Shown one piece after another: positions 13,771 through 25,567 of a stretch of DNA of 64,000 bases (positions are counted from its first letter, which is position 1; every line of letters begins with the position of its first letter). This stretch comes from Heptranchias perlo (Eukaryota), in the NCBI RefSeq assembly GCF_035084215.1, contig NC_090352.1, positions 744,001-808,000 of the forward strand, read 5' to 3'. Position numbers and translations under genes: made by a program. The notes beneath the pieces were generated by a model. The model saw nothing but the letters and a program-made list of their open reading frames with translations. It had not been told where the DNA came from and did no database searches.

Positions 13771-14987
13771 CTTGCGTGTGTGTGTGCATGTGGGAGACAG
13801 CGATCTGTTGGCGCATGTTGGAGAGAGTGGTGTGCGAGAGAGAGTGTGAGTGTGTGTGAGTGTGTGTGTGCTGGCCAATACCACAAGTGCCGTTGGTGCC
13901 CACTGGCCTTGTACTGATAAGGACCCCTCTAACTGACCCTGCAAGCCGAGGCAGGATCTCACTACTGGAGGGACTCACTACCTGTGGAATTTAGGGGTCA
14001 GTATCTTTTTAACATATTGGAGTCTCTCAACTAAATCACTTATTTCATCCACTGACAGGCCTCATTGTATCTTTTAGTACAAAGTAAAATTAACAATATT
14101 CTTTGAGGTTGTACCATCACCAATTGGATGCTGGCAGTGGGATGCCATGTGTGAGTTGTATTGGCAGCATGTACTTTAACAGTCACAGCCAGTTCAAGAT
14201 CACAGTGACACTGTGACATATGTTTTCTCAATGGGGATTGAACTCCGGTCTCATCTGATTGAACAATTGGGCGATGACTGTTTACAGCAGGTTGGCACAG
14301 AGCGAGGGCACGCTTGAAGAGGGCAGCAGTTGTGAGAATGAAGCAGCTTTTGTTGGGCCTCTAACATACTGTTTTAGAAAGAATAAGGAACCTTAAAATA
14401 GACGGAGCAGCCGGGCCAGATGATATCCACCTGAGGGTCCGTAAGGAGGAGGGACAGGTGCCCCTTCTTTAATAGCTCGCTGAAGTCTGGGACTGCTCCC
14501 TTAGACTGGAATGGGGATAATGTAGTCCCCATCTTTAAAAAGGGGGATAAGTGAGAACTAAATGCCAGTAGCTTGGTGTTAGCAATAGGTAAGATGCTTG
14601 AAGGAATCAGTATGGATGCAATATGTGACCATGTAGACAAAAGACTTACCAATTTGACTGAATTTTTTGAGGAAGTCAGTGGGGTTGTGGATGAGGGACA
14701 CCTGCTAGATATTGTCTACCTGGACTTTCAGAAAGCTTTTGATAAGGTACCGCATAAGAGGCTTCCCTAAGATTGAATCTTGTGGAATTAGTAGTAATGC
14801 ATTGCGGTGGATTGAGAATTGGCTGAAGGCCCGCAGGCAGAGAGTGCTTTAGATCTGTTTGGAGACCGGTCCCCGGTCATGTCCTGCAGGGATCGGTTTT
14901 GGGACCATTGCTGTTTACTACTTTCAGTAATGATTGCGATGTACGTGTTGGGGGAATGATCCGTAAGTTTATGGACGATACCAAGAT

Positions 14988-16010
14988 ATAGAATCATAGA
15001 GCATAGAAGGAGGCCATTCGGCCCATCATACCTGAGTCGGCTCTTTGAAAGAGCTATCCAATTAGTCCCATTGCCCTCTTCTTTCCCCATAGCCCTGCAA
15101 TTTTCTCTCTTTCAAGTATTTGTCCAGTTCCCTTTTAAAAGTTATTATTTCCTTTATTAGCCGAGGCACAGTTCTGGTCACCACATTACAGGAAAGATGT
15201 GATTGCACTAGAGAGGGTGCAGAGGAGATTTACGAGGATGTTGCCAGGACTGGAGAATTTTAGTTATGATGACAGATTGGATCGGCTGGGGTTGTTTTCC
15301 TTGGAACAGAGGAGGCTGAGGAGAGATTTGATTGAAATGAGGAACAATTTTTCCACCCAGAGGGTGGTGGGGGTCTGGAACTCACTGCCTGAGAGGGTGG
15401 TAGAGGCAGAAACCCTCAACTCATTTAAAAAATATCTGATGTGCCCCTGAAGAGCTGCAGGGCTACGGACCAAGTGCGGGAAAGTGGGATTAGGCTGGGT
15501 GGCTCGTTTCTCAGCCACCGTGAACACAATGTGCCGAATGGCCTCCTTCTGTGCTGTAAATTTTCTATGATTCTATGCTTCCACCACCCTTTCAGGCAAT
15601 GCATTCCAGACCATCACAACTCACTGCGTAAAAAAAATTCTCATCTCCCCCCTGTCTCTTTTGCCAATTACCTTAAATCTGTGTCCTCTGGTCATTGACC
15701 CTCCTGCCACTGGAAACAGTTTCTCCTTATTTACTCTATCAAAACCCTTCATGATTTTGAACACCTCTATCAAATCTCCTCTTAACCTTCTCTGCTCTAA
15801 GAAGAACAACCCCAGCTTCTCCAGTCTATCCACGTAATTGAATTCCCTCATCCCTGGCATCATTCTAGTAAATCTCCTCTGCACCCTCTCTAAGGCCTTC
15901 ACATCCTACCCAGAATTGGACACGATACTCCAGCTGGGCCCTAACCAGTGATTTATAAAGGTTTAGCATAACTTCCTTGCTTTTGTACTCCATGCCTCTA
16001 TTTGTAAAGC
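14988..16010 (-). mobile_element. CR1 3' fragment (14988-15148 and 15577-16010), itself split by a + strand CR1
   Basis: ATAGAATCATAG tail and GGAGGCCATTCGGCCC hairpin. The halves rejoin as GTTATTATT...GCTTCCACCACC, as in the uninterrupted copy at 62462-64000. Confidence 0.85.
15149..15576 (+). mobile_element. CR1 3' fragment with two internal deletions
   Basis: ALERVQRRFTRMLPGL...VWNSLP; ends TTCTATGATTCTAT. Confidence 0.88.
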
Positions 16011-17440
16011 CCGGGGTGTATCAGAGTTAGGACTGTAGAGGATGCTCATCTACTACAGGTGGATCTAGGTGGGCCGAGAGATTGAGCCTGTGACTGGCAA
16101 ATGACGTTTAGCTTAGAAAATTGCAGTGCTTTGCATGTGGGTAGGGCAAATACTGAACATACAAACACCCTTCAGGGAAAAGAACGAAAGCCTGTGGTGA
16201 TAGAAAGAGATTTGGGCATTTTAGTGCATCAATCTCGAAAGATCCATGAGCAATGCTGTGAAGCAATAGCTGGAGCAAATGGGGTGTTGGGGTGTATTTA
16301 CAGGATAATTCACGACAAAATAAAGCAGACTATTTTGTCCCTGTGCAAGGCCTTCGTTATCTCAGTTAGAATACTGTGTCCAGGTTTGGTCTCCTCACAG
16401 GGTGGGTGATATTGAGGCTTTGGAAACGGTGCAGAGAAGGGTCACTAGGCTAATTCCCAGCTTAATGCATCGTTATCAAGATAGGCTCAAAGAACTGGGA
16501 CTCTACACTTTAGAGAAGCTTAGACTTCAGGGTGATTTAATCGAGGTTTATAAGATGATGGAGGAACTAGATTGTGTTTGTTTGACCATTTGTTTCAACT
16601 GAATAGGTTAGCGAGGACCAGGAGTCACCTTGCAAATTATGTAAGGGCAGATCGAGGTTAGATGCCGGGAGGCGGTTCTTTTCCCGGGGAATAGTGGGCC
16701 TCTGGAACAGGCTGCCGGCTCGTGCGGTGGACACTGAGTCACTGGATTCCTTCAAGTGAGAGCTGGACCTGTTTCTGGCTGGGGCGGAGATCACCTCGTA
16801 CAAGCGTTGGTATCTTGTGAAGTTAATCAGGTCTCGGGTGGTCTCCTGGACAGGTTTTGATCACCTAAAGGGGGTTGGAGAGGGATTTTCCAGCTTTTTC
16901 TCTCCAATGGCATTTTTCCTGGTTTTTCGCATCTCCCAGAAGATTACAAAGAGCAGAGGTCCGCGGAATAAGGAGACAGAGTGTTTCAGAACTGACCTAT
17001 ATCTCCAATAGTGAACTATGCTCTGAATATTTTTTTTAATTGATCAACTTCTGTAACATTAACATAGAATTACATAGAATTTACAGCATAGAAACAGGCC
17101 ATTCGGCCCAACAGGTCTCTGCCGGTGTTTATGCTCCACATGAGCCTCCTTCACCCCCGCCCCCACTCCATCTCACCCCATCAGCATTTCCTTCTATTCC
17201 TTTCTCCCTCATCTATTCCATTCGCCTCAACTACTCCCTATGGTAGTGAGTTCCACATTCTCACCACTCTCTGGGAAAGAAGTTTCTCCTGAATTCCCGA
17301 TTGGATTTATTAGTGATGATCTTGGGGCAGAGTTTCCGCTTGTTTCTGTTAGTTTTGCTCCCAGATCCCAGCGCAATCGACTGAACCAGCGCAAAAGATT
17401 GGGGAATTTTAAATGTGAGTTACGCCCAAAATCACTGACT

Positions 17441-17847
17441 ATAGAATCATAGAAAATTTACAGCACAGAAGGAGGCCATTCGGCCCATCGTGTCCGCGCC
17501 AGCCAAAAACGAGCCACCCAGCTTAACCCCACTTTCCAGCGCTTGGTCTGTAGCCCTGTAGGTTACAGCACTTCAGGTGCACATCCAGGTACTTTTTAAA
17601 TGAGTTGAGGGTTTCTGCCTCTCCCACCCTTTCAGGCAGTGAGTTCCAGACACCCATCACCCTCTCGGTGAAAAAACTTTTCCTCAGCTCCCCTCTAATC
17701 CGTCTACCAATTACTTTAAATTCATGCCCCCTGGTTATTGACCCCTCTGCTAGTGGAAACAGGTCCTCCCTATCCACTCTATCTAGGCCCTTCATAATTT
17801 TGTACACCTCAATCAAATCACCCCTCAGCCTCCTCTGTTCCAAAGAA
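17441..17847 (-). mobile_element. CR1 3'-terminal segment (non-inverted part of a 5'-inverted insertion)
   Basis: ATAGAATCATAGAA tail at 17441; the minus strand begins TTCTTTGGAACAGAGGAGGCTG (SLEQRRLRGDLIEVYKIM). Confidence 0.9.
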
Positions 17848-20800
17848 TGCACGGCCTGTGCCATGTGGGAACTCCAGGACGCCTCCCGTGTCCTGGACAA
17901 CCACAGGTGCAGCAAGTGTTGCCGGCTGGAGGAGCTCGAGCTCCGGGTTTCGGAGCTTGAGAAGCAGCTGGCGTCACTGCAGTGCATCCGCGAGGCTGAG
18001 AGCTACGTGGATAGCACGTTTCAGGGGGTGGTCACCCTGCAGCTTAAGTCTGTGCAGGCAGAGAGGTCACCACCAGACAGACAAGAAGTCCCCTGAGGGC
18101 ATCTCACTCTCTAACCAGTATTCAGTTCTGAATACTGGTGAGGGAGAGGGTTCCTCTGGGGAGTGCAGTCAGAGCCAAGTCCACAGCACCATGGGTGGCT
18201 CAGCTATACAGGGGGGGGGGAGGACAAAGGTCAGGAGAGCGATAGTGATCGGGGATTCTATAGTTAGGGGAACAGACAAGCATTTCTGCGGCTGCAGACG
18301 TGAGTCCAGAATGGTATGTTGCCTCCCTGGTGCCAGGGTCAGGGATGTCACTGAGCGGCTGCAGAACATTCTATAGGGGGAGGGCGAACAGCCAGAGGTC
18401 ATGGTCCATATTGGTACCAACAACATAGATAGAAAGAGGGATGAGGTCCTGCAGGAAGATTTTAAGGAGTTAGGAAAGAGATTAATAAGCAAGACCTCAA
18501 AAGGTAGTAATCTCTGGATTCCTCCCAGTGCCATGCGTTAGTGAGTATAGAAATAGGAGGATAGGAGGATAGAGCGGATGAATGCGTGACTGGAGCGATG
18601 GTGCAGGAGGGAGAGCTTTAGATTCCTGAGGCTTTGGGACTGGTTCTGGGGGAGGTGAGACCTGTACAGGCCGGACGGGTTGCACCTCGACAGGGCCGGG
18701 ACCGATATCCTTGTGGGGAGGTTTGCTAGTGCTGTTGGGGAGGGTTTAAACTAGCTTGGCAGGGGGGTGGGAACCCGAGTGTAGATTCAGATGGGACAGA
18801 ATCACAACTGGAGATAGAAGGCAGAAAATTAGTAAGTGACTTCGGAAGGCAGAGGAAACAAAGGTTAGAAAATAAACAGCAAGGGATTTTGGCAGTGATT
18901 AATGGTATATACATCAATGCAAGGAGTATAGTGAATAAGGCAGATGAGCTGAGAGCACAGATAGACACGTGGCAGTATGATATCTTAGCTATTACTGAAA
19001 CATGGCTTAAAGAGGGGCAGGAATGGCAGCTCAACGTTCCTGGTTACAGGGTTTCCAGACGAGATAGAGAAGGGGTTAAAAAAGGAGGTGGGAGGCAATT
19101 TTGGTCAAAGAAACAATTACAGCTGTGAGGAGGGATGATAAGTTAGAAGGATCATCAACTGAGGCCATATGGGTTGAGCTAAGGAACAAAAAAGGGGCAG
19201 TCACACTACTGAGAGTGTACTATAGACCCCCAAACAGTCAGGGAGATAGAAGAACAAATATGTAGGCAAATTTCTGAGAAGTGCAAAAACAATAGGGCAG
19301 TGATAGTAGGGGATTTCAACAACCCGAATATTAACTGGGATAGAAACAGTGTGAAGGGCATAGAGGGTGCAAAATTCTTAAACTGCATTCAGGAGAACTT
19401 TTTTAGCCAGTACATAGCAAACCCGACAAGAGAGGGGGCAGTTCTGGATTTAGTTTTAGGAAATGAGGCTGGGCAGGTGGAAGGAGTATCAGTGGGAGGG
19501 CATTTTGGTGGTAGTGATCATAATTCAGTTAGATTTAATGTAGTTATGGAAAAGGACAAAGATAGAACAGGAGTCAAAGTTCTCAATTGGGGAAAGGCCA
19601 ATTTTACTAAGCTGAGAAGTGATTTAGCAAAAGTGGACTGGAAACAGCTACTTGAAAGTAAATCAGTGTCAGAACAGTGGGAGACATTCAAGGGGGAGAT
19701 TCAAGGGGTTCAGAGTAAACACGTTCCCACAAAGAAAAAGGGTGGGACTGTCAAATCTAGAGCCTCCTGGATGTCAAGGAGCATTCACGGTAAGATAAGG
19801 CAAAAAAGGGAAGCTTATGTCAGACACCAAGAGCTCAACACTGCAGAAAGCCGAGAGGACTATAGAAAGTGCAGGGGTGAAATTAAAAAGGAAATTAGGA
19901 AAGCAAAGAGAGGGCATGAAAAAATACCGGCAAATAAAATTAAGGAAAACCCAAAAATGTTTTATAAATACATAAAGAGCAAGAAGATAACTAAGGAAAG
20001 ATTAGGGCCTATTAGAGACCAAAAAGGTAACCTGTGTGTGGAGGCGGAAGATGAGGGTATGGTTCTTAATGAATACTTTGCATCTGTCTTCACAAAAGAG
20101 ACGGATGACAATTAAGGAGGAGGATGTGAAATATTGGACGGGATAAACTTAGTGAGAGAGGAAGTATTAAGGGGATTAGCATCTTTGAAAGTAGATAAAT
20201 CACCAGGCCCGGATGAAATGTATCCCAGGCTGTTAAAAGAAGCAAGGGAGGAAATAGCGGAGGCTCTGACCATCATTTTCCAATCCTCTCTGGATACAGG
20301 CGTGGTGCCGGAGGATTGGAGGACTGCTAACGTCGTACCATTGTTTAAAAAGGGAGCGAGGGATAGACCGAGTAATTACAGGCCAGTCAGCCTAACCTCG
20401 GTGGTGGGCAAATTATTGGAATCAATTCTGAGGGACAGTATAACCATCATTTAGAAAGGCACAGATTAATCAAGGACAGTCAGCATGGGTTTGTTAAGGG
20501 AAGGTTGTGTCTGACTAACTTGATTGAATTCTTTGAGGAGGAAACATGAAGGGTCGATGAGGGTAGCGTAATTGATGTAGTCTACATGGATTTTAGCAAG
20601 ACTTTTGACAAGGTCCCACATGGCAGATTGGTCAAAAAAGTAAAAGCCCATGGGATCCAAGGGAATGTGGCAAATTGGATCAAATATTGGCTCAGTGGCA
20701 GGAAGCAAAGGGTAATGGTCGACGGGTGTTTTTGTGACTGGAAGGATGTTTCCAGTGGGGTTCCACAGGGCTCAGTACTGGGTCCCTTGCTTTTTGTGAT

Positions 20801-21342
20801 ATATATTCATGATTTGGACTTAAATGTAGCGGGCATGATTAAGAAGTTTGCAGATAATACAAAAATTGGCCGTGTGGTTGATAGTGAGGAGGAAAGCTGT
20901 AGACTGCAGGAAGATATCAATGGACTGGTCAGGTGGGCAGAAAAGTGGCAAATGGAATTTATTCCGGAGAAGTGTGAGGTAATGCATTTGGGGAGGGCAA
21001 ACAAGGCAAGGGAATACACAATAAATGGGAGGATACAGAATACTGAAAGGTGTAGAGGAACAGGCATGTCCACAGATCCCTGAAGGTAGCAGCACAGGTA
21101 GATAAGTTGGTTAAAAAGGCATATGGAATACTTTCCTTGATTAGTCAAGACATAGAATATAAAAGCAGGGAGGTTATGCTGGAACTGTATAAAACACTAG
21201 CTTGAGTACTGTGTACAGTTCTGGTCACCACATTACAGGAAAGATGTGATTGCACTAGAGAGGGTACAGAGGAGATTTACAGGGATGTTGCCAGGGCTGG
21301 AGAATTTTAGCTATGAGGAAAGATTGGACAGGCTGGGGTTGT
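17845..21342 (+). mobile_element. Near full-length CR1 body: ORF1 (zinc finger/coiled coil plus SGNH esterase) and ORF2 (APE plus RT), with stops and frameshifts
   Basis: CTAC...CSKC followed by LEELELRVSELEKQL; IVIGDSIVRG...CLPGARVRDV; APE motifs NARSIVNK, AITETWL, GDFN, SDHN; RT motif PQGSVLGP. Stops at GGCTGGGGTTGT. Confidence 0.93.
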
Positions 21343-21966
21343 GTTTTCCGCAATCTTTTACGCTGGTTTAAGATTCAATTCACCCTGATCAGGTCCCGCC
21401 CACGAAACAGGCCACGCCTCCAGGTCGAAATTGTGAGATTCTGCCGATTGCAGTGGTTGGGGAAACTCTTCAAATTTGCGTTCATTTTCTGAGGCGCACA
21501 GGCACTAGTCAGCATGTTTTAAACGTTTTTCATATCATAAAATATTTAATTTACTTAGAAACTAACTGGTGTACACCAATGAAACTAGTAAATGGTTCAG
21601 TATAGTTTTTTAAAGTCCTTTTCAATTATTTTAAATCCGGTTACTCACAGGTGGAGGCCTGGACACTCTTATTAAAGATGCTTATTTTTGGTGATAAACC
21701 ATTTTCAGCTGTATTAATAAAACTGCTCCAGGTCACCACTCAAAAATACATCAAAGAATACTTTTTAATGGAAAGGAAAAACAATAAATGATTCTGTTCT
21801 ATTACCCTGCCCGATTGCGCTGGTTCATGAAAGATTTTACGTTTGTGATTATGCAAATACATTTTAGTGGAAACATGAACTGTAACCGTACGAGCCCAAT
21901 TTCGGGCAAATTTGGGCGCAATTTGCTGATCGCACCCAAAGTGGAAACTCTACCTTATATTTATGG

Positions 21967-22034
21967 TGTGGAGATGCCGGTGATGGACTGGGGTTGACAA
22001 TTGTAAACGATTTTACAACACCAAGTTATAGTCC
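21967..22034 (-). mobile_element. Penelope-like element 3'-end fragment
   Basis: Its reverse complement matches 47822-47890 (GGACTATAAC.TGGTGTTGTAA...TGTCAACCCCAGTCCATCACCGGCATCTCCACA). Confidence 0.8.
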
Positions 22035-23703
22035 CTAGTTCTGGTCTCCCCCACAAGTGGAAACATCTTCTCTACGGCTACCCTATCAAACTCTTTCATA
22101 ATTTTGAAGCCCTCTATCAGGTCACCCCTCAGCCTTTTCTTTTCTAGAGAAAAGAGCCCCAGCTGTTTTTTTTGCTTTAAAGATTTTTCTGACTGCCGGA
22201 AGGCTCTGCAGCTTATTTGAATGCAAGACAAAGGATCCCATTTATAGAAAGAACAAACTGCAACTTTTAATGGAACATTTATTGGTGGCCAGTGTGATGA
22301 AAGAGAGGGTTAACTGTGCTGACACCACATCGTATCCAATATTCCTATGTCAAGGATTATCTGGGTTACTTGCAGGATGAAGCTTGCTCTACACTGCTCC
22401 AACAATGTCAACTCCATCCCAGCTTCAGGTCAGCACCCCCACTACAATAGTGTGACCTCTCTATTTGAAGACCACCGTTCCCCATGCCCTCTCTCAGAGA
22501 GACAGGTAATTGGTCACATCTTATGGGCCATTTTGTTGTGGACTCACTCCCTGACAATTGGCTCAAGACTGTTCAGACTTATTTGACCAGACAGAGACTT
22601 TATCCCATGGGTCTGCACGGCACTGGTTGCTGAGAGACAACACTGAAGGGAAGGGAAGGGGGAAGGAATTGGACTGGGAATGGGCTGTGATCCAATCAGT
22701 GGCATTGGCAGAAGCTGAGCAGAAAGGGTGTGTGTCTCCCATTGATAATCGTTTTAGGCAACCTGAGCCAAAAGGGAGCAGAAGAGAATGGAAGGAAGGT
22801 CATTCTGATCTTTTGCAAGTTGTAAGAAAAGAGCTATCTCATGACAAGAGCATCTCCTGTTAATGAACGGCTGACCAGAGTCTTGTACGTGGCTAAGATT
22901 CTGGCAGATTGAGCAGCACTTGAGAATATGAAGCATAAAAATGAGATGTCTAACTCGGCCTACAAGCTTCTAGGTCTCTCTGGGCTGGGCCAAGTGCTGT
23001 TCCCCTGGCTCAGAAACCTGTCGGGTTCCCAGGCCTCTGCTGATACTTGTGCCCTGTAGGCAGGGGCATTTGGAGCAGTCTGGGGCTACTGTTCTTTCAA
23101 TTTGCCCTTTGAGAAAATCCCTGGCCTCACATGGAATTTCCACCTAACAGCACGGCCAAAATTGAGGAATCCCATCCCAGATCCGTGCTGTGCCTCCCTG
23201 GCACTTTGCTGTGCTGCCAATTTCTCACCTGGGTGTGATGTGGAGTGAAGGGATGGAGGGAGGTGATAAAAATTGGGGGCAGTGCTCCCGCAGATCTCCA
23301 ACATGTGACATTGGCGGGTGAAGCTCCCAACGCCAGTCTGTACCCAGGAAACCTCCTCCTCTTCCACTTGAACCCTGTATCCAGCAATGACCACAACAGC
23401 CATCCCCTAGGTCAGAAGCCTCCTCTGGACTGTTAATTTTTTTATGATTGTGGTGCTACGTGCAAATATTCCTTTTATTAAATTCACCCAGCAAAATCTC
23501 TGACCGAGTAAAATACTCAACTTGTTGATTTGACTACAGCTGGAGAATCCTGTACAAGTTTAGCAGGGATATTCTTCACAAGCAAAAGTTGGCTCGACCC
23601 AGCATTAAGACCTTTTTGGAATACTAGAATCCTGGGGAGAGTGAATGGTCTGTTGGTGGTTTCTCTTGTCATCACACCCACTTTTTACTCACCTCCACTT
23701 TTT

Positions 23704-23868
23704 AGAAACATGAGAATATTAGTAACAGGAGGAGGCCATTCAGCCCCTCGAGCCTGTTCCGCACTTCAATCACATCATGGCTGATCTGTACCTCAAATCC
23801 ATTTACCTGCCTTTGTTCCATATCCCTTGGTACCCTTACCCAACAAAAACCTATCGATCTCAGTCTTC
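23704..23868 (-). mobile_element. CR1 3' UTR fragment
   Basis: AACAGGAGGAGGCCATTCAGCCCCTCGAGCCTG...ATCATGGCTGATCTG, the same end as the copies at 32500 and 34097. Confidence 0.8.
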
Positions 23869-25567
23869 ACTACAATTAGCGGAGAGGTGGTTATGGTCCT
23901 TTAGTAACCAATAAGTGGGCCATTTATCTAAATACACTGAACTGCCTTTTACAGCAGAAACAGAACAATCCACTCCCTCCAACTCACTCAAACAACTTAG
24001 AAGCAATAAACTCTAATGAGCAGAAGCAATTCTGTAATAGTTTCAGAATAAAGGTCAACATAATACTGCATAGGAAAACCACCACATAACGTCATCACTT
24101 ACTGTTCTGTGAACGGAAGGGCCCATGACTGGGAGCGGAGCTTCGAAGCTTGTGCGATGTGTCGGTAAAGATTGATACTCCAGTTGACACTGGGGAAAGA
24201 AGGTTTCATTTCCGGTACTTGATGGTAATTTTCTGTTGCCAATATGTCATCTTCTCACTCCAGTGTGTGTGGCCTTTGCTCTAATCTCATTAATCAACTG
24301 AAAAAAGAGTGAAGTGAAGTTCAAATCCTGTGGTAAATGTGACATTAATGGGGGGGAGGTGAGGAAGAGGACTGTTAACTATTCATAAAACACAAAGGAC
24401 AAGAGTCTCGTTGTCCCATGATTACGTTCAGACTTAATATGTTTTTCTTCGATGAAAGACCAGCAAGTCCAGTGTCCTGCTGGTTGGATGCTTTGTGTTG
24501 GATGCATCAGACAGGATCTTGTTCAGTGGTTTTCATCTCATCTTGTTTTTATTGGCTGTAGCAAGCCAGTGATGTCATTGCCTTGTATCTGGTGGCCTGC
24601 TCTGTAATGAAGATGTTGACATTGATGGTTCTTTGAAGTGTGCATCTGATTCTGGACTGGAATAGTTGAGTAGAGGCGAGGCCTTGCAGTGATGGAATGG
24701 AAGCTTGGAGGTTACACTGAAACTGGCAGCAGTTCATTTTGGGATAAAGTGTAGAGTTATTAGGGTAAATATTACAAGGCCTCGGGTCACTGGCCAGGTC
24801 TCTCCCAGCCAGCGCACATCAGAAAATCACAGGCTTCGCAAAATTTACCTCATTATATTCAATTTACGCTGTCATATTAAATTGTTGCTCACTTTGCACC
24901 TTGTGAGGCTGTGGGAGTATTTCCCCATAGAATTTCCGAATGAAAATTCGGCAATATGACAGTCTCGAGAGGAGCAAATTCTCACTGAGCTGTTGGCCCA
25001 ATTTGGATCCTGACCAATTATTATGGAGCAGGTTTAGATGCTCTGGGTATTTCTGTTCCAGTCACTATTGCCTTCTCTTCCTGCCCTCTCCCCACTTAGA
25101 GTGGCAGCACTTTGACATCAATGAAGCAGCATCTCTCCCCCTAGCATGCGGTCCAGATACCTTACGATCGGACACAATGGGGCATGTTTTCGGGCCCAGA
25201 ATCGGTGCTGTGCAGGCAATGCGTGCCCCAAGCGGGAGGCCCGAGGCCGGCTGAAATTGGGCATCGAGCCTCAATTCAATAATTTAGGTGAGCCTGTCAT
25301 GTCGACCATTACATGAGTCACAGGTTACCTGCCTCACCAGCATCGGTCCTCAGGGAAGTGCCAGGGTGGGGGGGGGAGGGAGGGGGACAGCGGGAGGGGG
25401 GCCGATGGTGGTGTGTTGTGGAGCTGGGAGGAGCATTCCTTCTCCTCCTGGCTCCACATGAATTTGAAACAAATTTAAATTTACCTTTTTGGTGCCAGCC
25501 GGTTCCCAGGCTGCATCTACGCCCAGAAACCTGAGAGAGTGAGGAGACCTGGTGTGGGCTGAGAGTG

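Larger units (their letters stand above)
14385..16800 (+). mobile_element. Old degraded CR1 (14385-14987 and 16011-16800) interrupted by younger CR1 copies
   Basis: [19 protein letters not shown] and a degraded ADDTK before 14987; the RT C-terminus resumes after 16011. Confidence 0.8.
17325..21954. mobile_element. Non-autonomous TIR element (PIF/Harbinger-like MITE); arms at 17325-17440 and 21343-21954
   Basis: Imperfect TIRs GGGCAGAGTTTCCGCTT / AAGTGGAAACTCTACC, flanked by TTG and TTA where the host has a single TTA (TWA target typical of PIF/Harbinger). Confidence 0.65.
17060..22165 (-). mobile_element. Old CR1 3' fragment (17060-17321, 21955-21966, 22032-22165) acting as host of a nested cluster
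   Basis: The flanks rejoin as GGATTTATTAGTGA..ATC|TTATATTTATG|..TAGTTCTGGTCTCCCCCAC, matching the uninterrupted relative at about 50600-50670. Confidence 0.82.

Noticed and set aside
12498-13978. ORFs of 435-478 aa in several frames
   Set aside because: A stop-free 21-bp minisatellite; no coding evidence.
22377-22430. MKLAL peptide resembling the recalled human COL26A1 N-terminus (candidate exon 1)
   Set aside because: No hydrophobic signal-peptide core follows, and the nearest donor-like site is phase 1 rather than the phase 2 required; probably coincidence.
23240-23420. Possible additional Harbinger transposase remnant (GVGSFTRQ...EICG); similar weak hint near 43500-43620
   Set aside because: Similarity too weak to support without a profile search.
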